DNA of 64,000 bases from Macrostomum lignano (lineage: Eukaryota), in NCBI GenBank assembly GCA_002269645.1, contig NIVC01000660.1:1-64000 (forward strand). Reading direction: 5' to 3'. The notes below the pieces were generated by a model that saw only the letters and a list, made by a program, of their open reading frames with translations, did no database searches and was not told the DNA's origin. A program made the position numbers and the translations under genes. How positions within the stretch are numbered: the first letter of the stretch is position 1; every line of letters begins with the position of its first letter. Below, piece by piece: positions 57,465 to 64,000 of the stretch.

Positions 57465-60400
57465 CAAACAGACACAGAAATCTGTTCCAGTTGTGTCTGT
57501 AGGTTATGTGGACCACCTCAGATCCAGAGCCTCAAACAGACAGAGAAATCTGTTCGAGTTGTGTCTGTAGGTGAGGTAAACCACCTTCTGAGAGCCTAAG
57601 CCTCAAACAGACTTAGAGAGCTGCTTCAGTTGTGTCTATAGGTTATGTGGACCACCTAAGAGCCAGAGCCTCAAACAGACAGAGAAATCTGTTCGAGTTG
57701 TGTCTGTAGGTTAGGTGGACCAGCTACTGAGAGCCAAAGCCTCAAACAGACTGAGAGAGCTGCTTCAGTTGTGTCTGTAGGTTATGTGGACCACCTAAGA
57801 GCCAGAGCCTCAAACAGACAGAGAAATCTGTTCGAGTTGTGTCTGTAGGTTAGGTGGACCACCTAAGAGCCAGAGCCTCAAACAGACAGAGAAATCTGTT
57901 CGAGTTGTGTCTGTAGGTTAGGTGGACCAGCTACTCCAAAGAACTTCTAGGCGATAGTCTGAGCCAGGAATCTCCGAGAGCCTCTCGTTACACATCCAGA
58001 TGTTCTACCTTGATGCTGGACTAGCTCACTTTCTAGGAATCTGTTCTGATTGCATTCTAACAAACTGAAGCATTCTCGGCACTAAACTTTCTCGGCGGCT
58101 CTGAGAGCCAGAGCCTCAAACAGACAGAGAAATCTGTTCGAGTTGTGTCTGTAGGTTAGGTGGACCAGCTACTCCACAGCACTTCTAGGCGATAATCTGA
58201 GCCAGGAATCTCCGAGAGCCTCTCGTTACACATCCAGATGTTCTGCCTTGATGCTGGACTAGCTCACTTTCTAGGAATCTGTTCTGATTGCATTCTAACA
58301 AACTGAAGCATTCTCGGCACTAAACTTTCTCGGCGGCTCTGAGAGCCAGAGCCTCAAACAGACAGAGAAATCTGTTCGAGTTGTGTCTGTAGGTTAGGTG
58401 GACCAGCTACTCCAAAGCACTTCTAGGCGATAATCTGAGCCAGGAATCTCCGAGAGCCTCTCGTTACACATCCAGATGTTCTACCTTGATGCTGGACTAG
58501 CTCACTTTCTAGGAATCTGTTCTGATTGCATTCTAACAAACTGAAGCATTTTCTGCACTAAACTTTCTCGGCGGCTCTGAGAGCCAGAGCCTCAAACAGA
58601 CAGAGAAATCTGTTCGAGTTGTGTCTGTAGGTTAGGTGGACCAGCTACTGAGAGCCAAAGCCTCAAACAGACTGAGAGAGCTGCTTCAGTTGTGTCTGTA
58701 GGTTATGAGGACCACCTAAGAGCCAGAGCCTCAAACAGACAGAGAAATCTGTTCGAGTTGTGTCTGTAGGTTAGGTGGACCAGCTACTCCACAGCACTTC
58801 TAGGCGATAATCTGAGCCAGGAGTCTCCGAGAGACTTTCGTTACACATCCAGATGTTCTGCCTTGATGCTGGACTAGCTCACTTTCTAGGAATCTGTTCT
58901 GATTGCATTCTAACAAACTGAAGCATTCTCGGCACTAAACTTTCTCGGCGGCTCTGAGAGCCAGAGCCTCAAACAGACAGAGAAATCTGTTCGAGTTGTG
59001 TCTGTAGGTTAGGTGGACCAGCTATTCTACAGCACTTCTAGGCGATAATCTGAGCCAGGAATCTCCGAGAGCTTCTCGTTACACATCCAGATGTTCTGCC
59101 TTGATGCAGGACTAGCTCACTTTCTAGGAATCTGTTCTGATTGCATTCTAACAAACTGAAGCATTCTCGGCACTAAACTTTCTTCTTCTTCTTCGGGCGT
59201 GCTCGGGCCAGGGCCCATGGCACCGGGCGTCAGATGGCGCCCGCCTTCCCGAGGAAGTTCAACACCGCGACGCAGTTCTCGAAAACTGCCGCGGGCTCCG
59301 GGATTGGCCCCCAGAGGCGGCAGCGGTGTGATGTCAGGGCGGGGCAGGAGATCAGCAGATGGGCCGCCGTCTCCTCTCCATCGCCACAGAAGCGGCAGGT
59401 GGGGGCCACGTCAACGCCGATGGCGGCCTGGAAGCCCCGCAGGGCCGGGCAGCGGTCGCGCGCAGCTGGCAGATCAGCCGCTCCTGCCGCCGCGTGAGGT
59501 CGCTTGTCGGCTGAGGCGGCAGGCGGCCCGCCGTGCAGGCAAGGTGCCAGGCAAGCGAGCTCGTGCTCGCCGCCTCGGTGGCCGCCGCGTTGTAGATCTG
59601 GTGCCAGCGGCGAGGCAGTAGCGGCGGACGGCAGCCTGCGCGGCAGCTAGCGGTACGGGCGCGGTGCCTTGCGCCAGCGTGGTGCCTTGCTTGGCGATCT
59701 CGTCCACGGCCTCGTTGCCTGGGATTCCCGCGTGGCCAGGCACCCACTGCAGGTGGACCGAGGTTCCCCGGGCCGCGAGGTCGGCGAGGCTGCCCCAGAC
59801 GGCGTCGATCATGGTGGCGCCCGTCGACCCGGGGCCGGACGCGAGCACAACGCGAGCAGAGCCACTAAACTTTCTCGGCGGCTCTGAGATCCAGAGCCTC
59901 AAACAGACAGAAATCTGTTCGAGTTGTGTCTGTAGGTTAGGTGGACCAGCTACTCCACAGCACTTCTAGGCGATAATCTGAGCCAGGAATCTCCGAGAGC
60001 CTCTCGTTACACATCCAGATGTTCTGCCTTGATGCTGGACTAGCTCACTTTCTAGGAATCTGTTCTGATTGCATTCTAACAAACTGAAGCATTCTCGGCA
60101 CTAAACTTTCTCGGCGGCTCTGAGAGCCAGAGCCTCAAACAGACAGAGAAATCTGTTCGAGTTGTGTCTGTAGGTTAGGTGGACCAGCTACTCCACAGCA
60201 CTTCTAGGCGATAATCTGAGCCAGGAGTCTCCGAGAGACTTTCGTTACACATCCAGATGTTCTGCCTTGATGCTGGACTAGCTCACTTTCTAGGAATCTG
60301 TTCTGATTGCATTCTAACAAACTGAAGCATTTTCTGCACTAAACTTTCTCGGCGGCTCTGAGAGCCAGAGCCTAAACAGACAGAGAAATCTGTTCGAGTT

Positions 60401-63400
60401 GTGTCTGTAGGTTAGGTGGACCACCTTCTGAGAGCCAAAGCCTCAAACAGACTGAGAGAGCTGCTTCAGTTGTGTCTGTAGGTTATGAAGACCACCTAAG
60501 AGCCAGAGCCTCAAACAGACAGAGAAATCTGTTCGAGTTGTGTCTGTAGGTTAGGTGGACCAGCTACTCCACAGCACTTCTAGGCGATAATCTGAGCCAG
60601 GAGTCTCCGAGAGACTTTCGTTACACATCCAGATGTTCTGCCTTGATGCTGGACTAGCTCACTTTCTAGGAATCTGTTCTGATTGCATTCTAACAAACTG
60701 AAGCATTCTCGGCACTAAACTTTCTCGGCGGCTCTGAGAGCCAGAGCCTCAAACAGACAGAGAAATCTGTTCGAGTTGTGTCTGTAGGTTAGGTGGACCA
60801 GCTATTCTACAGCACTTCTAGGCGATATTCTGAGCCAGGAATCTCCGAGAGCCTCTCGTTACACATCCAGATGTTCTGCCTTGATGCTGGACTAGCTCAC
60901 TTTCTAGGAATCTGTTCTGATTGCATTCTAACAAACTGAAGCATTCTCGGCACTAAACTTTCTCGGCGGCTCTGAGATCCAGAGCCTCAAACAGACAGAA
61001 ATCTGTTCGAGTTGTGTCTGTAGGTTAGGTGGACCAGCTACTCCAAAGCACTTCTAGGCGATAATCTGAGCCAGGAGTCTCCGAGAGACTTTCGTTACAC
61101 ATCCAGATGTTCTGCCTTGATGCTGGACTAGCTCACTTTCTAGGAATCTGTTCTGATTGCATTCTAACAAACTGAAGCATTCTCGGCACTAAACTTTCTC
61201 GGCGGCTCTGAGAGCCAGAGCCTCAAACAGACAGAGAAATCTGTTCGAGTTGTGTCTGTAGGTTAGGTGGACCAGCTACTCCACAGCACTTCTAGGCGAT
61301 AATCTGAGCCAGGAGTCTCCGAGAGACTTTCGTTACACATCCAGATGTTCTGCCTTGATGCTGGACTAGCTCACTTTCTAGGAATCTGTTCTGATTGCAT
61401 TCTAACAAACTGAAGCATTCTCGGCACTAAACTTTCTCGGCGGCTCTGAGAGCCAGAGCCTCAAACAGACAGAAATCTGTTCGAGTTGTGTCTGTAGGTT
61501 AGGTGGACCAGCTACTCCACAGCACTTCTAGGCGATAATCTGAGCCAGGAGTCTCCGAGAGACTTTCGTTACACATCCAGATGTTCTACCTTGATGCTGG
61601 ACTAGCTCACTTTCTAGGAATCTGTTCTGATTGCATTCTAACAAACTGAAGCATTCTCGGCACTAAACTTTCTCGGCGGCTCTGAGAGCCAGAGCCTCAA
61701 ACAGACAGAGAAATCTGTTCGAGTTGTGTCTGTAGGTTAGGTGGACCAGCTATTCTACAGCACTTCTAGGCGATATTCTGAGCCAGGAATCTCCGAGAGC
61801 CTCTCGTTACACATCCAGATGTTCTGCCTTGATGCTGGACTAGCTCACTTTCTAGGAATCTGTTCTGATTGCATTCTAACAAACTGAAGCATTCTCGGCA
61901 CTAAACTTTCTCGGCGGCTCTGAGATCCAGAGCCTCAAACAGACAGAAATCTGTTCGAGTTGTGTCTGTAGGTTAGGTGGACCAGCTACTCCACAGCACT
62001 TCTAGGCGATAATCTGAGCCAGGAGTCTCCGAGAGACTTTCGTTACACATCCAGATGTTCTGCCTTGATGCTGGACTAGCTCACTTTCTAGGAATCTGTT
62101 CTGATTGCATTCTAACAAACTGAAGCATTCTCGGCACTAAACTTTCTCGGCGGCTCTGAGAGCCAGAGCCTCAAACAGACAGAGAAATCTGTTCGAGTTG
62201 TGTCTGTAGGTTAGGTGGACCAGCTACTCCACAGCACTTCTAGGCGATAATCTGAGCCAGGAGTCTCCGAGAGACTTTCGTTACACATCCAGATGTTCTG
62301 CCTTGATGCTGGACTAGCTCACTTTCTAGGAATCTGTTCTGATTGCATTCTAACAAACTGAAGCATTCTCGGCACTAAACTTTCTCGGCGGCTCTGAGAG
62401 CCAGAGCCTCAAACAGACAGAAATCTGTTCGAGTTGTGTCTGTAGGTTAGGTGGACCAGCTACTCCACAGCACTTCTAGGCGATAATCTGAGCCAGGAGT
62501 CTCCGAGAGACTTTCGTTACACATCCAGATGTTCTGCCTTGATGCTGGACTAGCTCACTTTCTAGGAATCTGTTCTGATTGCATTCTAACAAACTGAAGC
62601 ATTTTCTGCACTAAACTTTCTCGGCGGCTCTGAGAGCCAGAGCCTAAACAGACAGAGAAATCTGTTCGAGTTGTGTCTGTAGGTTAGGTGGACCACCTTC
62701 TGAGAGCCAAAGCCTCAAACAGACTGAGAGAGCTGCTTCAGTTGTGTCTGTAGGTTATGAGGACCACCTAAGAGCCAGAGCCTCAAACAGACAGAAATCT
62801 GTTCGAGTTGTGTCTGTAGGTTAGGTGGACCAGCTACTCCACAGCACTTCTAGGCGATAATCTGAGCCAGGAGTCTCCGAGAGACTTTCGTTACACATCC
62901 AGATGTTCTGCCTTGATGCTGGACTAGCTCACTTTCTAGGAATCTGTTCTGATTGCATTCTAACAAACTGAAGCATTCTCGGCACTAAACTATCTCGGCG
63001 GCTCTGAGAGCCAGAGCCTCAAACAGACAGAGAAATCTGTTCGAGTTGTGTCTGTAGGTTAGGTGGACCAGCTATTCTACAGCACTTCTAGGCGATATTC
63101 TGAGCCAGGAATCTCCGAGAGCCTCTCGTTACACATCCAGATGTTCTGCCTTGATGCTGGACTAGCTCACTTTCTAGGAATCTGTTCTGATTGCATTCTA
63201 ACAAACTGAAGCATTCTCGGCACTAAACTTTCTCGGCGGCTCTGAGATCCAGAGCCTCAAACAGACAGAAATCTGTTCGAGTTGTGTCTGTAGGTTAGGT
63301 GGACCAGCTACTCCAAAGCACTTCTAGGCGATAATCTGAGCCAGGAGTCTCCGAGAGACTTTCGTTACACATCCAGATGTTCTGCCTTGATGCTGGACTA

Positions 63401-64000
63401 GCTCACTTTCTAGGAATCTGTTCTGATTGCATTCTAACAAACTGAAGCATTCTCGGCACTAAACTTTCTCGGCGGCTCTGAGAGCCAGAGCCTCAAACAG
63501 ACAGAGAAATCTGTTCGAGTTGTGTCTGTAGGTTAGGTGGACCAGCTACTCCACAGCACTTCTAGGCGATAATCTGAGCCAGGAGTCTCCGAGAGACTTT
63601 CGTTACACATCCAGATGTTCTGCCTTGATGCTGGACTAGCTCACTTTCTAGGAATCTGTTCTGATTGCATTCTAACAAACTGAAGCATTCTCGGCACTAA
63701 ACTTTCTCGGCGGCTCTGAGAGCCAGAGCCTCAAACAGACAGAAATCTGTTCGAGTTGTGTCTGTAGGTTAGGTGGACCAGCTACTCCACAGCACTTCTA
63801 GGCGATAATCTGAGCCAGGAGTCTCCGAGAGACTTTCGTTACACATCCAGATGTTCTACCTTGATGCTGGACTAGCTCACTTTCTAGGAATCTGTTCTGA
63901 TTGCATTCTAACAAACTGAAGCATTCTCGGCACTAAACTTTCTCGGCGGCTCTGAGAGCCAGAGCCTCAAACAGACAGAGAAATCTGTTCGAGTTGTGTC
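57465..64000. repeat. Satellite array: 238-bp monomer (236-bp variants) with ~68-bp units at the left edge
   Basis: Period 238 (61211 to 61449); 68-bp module GAGCCAGAGCCTCAAACAGACAGAGAAATCTGTTCGAGTTGTGTCTGTAGGTTAGGTGGACC; runs off the window end. Confidence 0.97.
59184..59862 (-). mobile_element. 5'-truncated RNase H-encoding LINE (I/Ingi/R1-like group) inserted in the satellite
   Basis: VHLQWVPGHAGIPGNEAVDEIAK (RNase H) and CRFCGDGEETAAHLLISCP (C-terminal zinc knuckle); (GAA)n tail at 59182-94; 13-bp TSD CACTAAACTTTCT (59171-83, 59863-75). Confidence 0.9.

Noticed and set aside
57930-64000. Hammerhead ribozyme in the 238-bp monomer (minus strand CTGGATG...CGAAA)
   Set aside because: The core deviates from CUGAnGA and there is no room for stem II.

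Overview
Eukaryotic (metazoan) genomic DNA, very repeat-rich. The style (GC-rich RTE-type LINEs, GGC/CAG runs in exons, minisatellite-filled introns) recalls the flatworm Macrostomum, but that is inference. Three spliced protein-coding genes can be assembled on the + strand: a plexin-domain-containing (PLXDC-like) membrane protein (4995-12388, 10 exons); an unrecognised ~837-aa protein with a Q/G/P/Y low-complexity N-terminus (29082-34474, 6 exons, all introns phase 0); and tyrosyl-DNA phosphodiesterase 1 (TDP1, 36660-50483, 12 exons, both HxK motifs). The TDP1 terminal exon is absent; instead a ~6-kb near-identical duplication repeats exons 9-10 (50545-56435). Between the genes lie many TEs: RTE-like LINE fragments, an LTR with PBS, a Crypton-type tyrosine recombinase relic, a Tc1/IS630 derivative, and a four-level nest of TIR elements with readable TSDs. 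The window ends in a 238-bp satellite array carrying a 5'-truncated RNase H LINE. Most long introns carry their own private minisatellite; several units mimic the adjacent splice junction and one mimics a tRNA B-box. Most long ORFs in the supplied track are repeat artefacts. Coordinates were read by eye; array boundaries are approximate.
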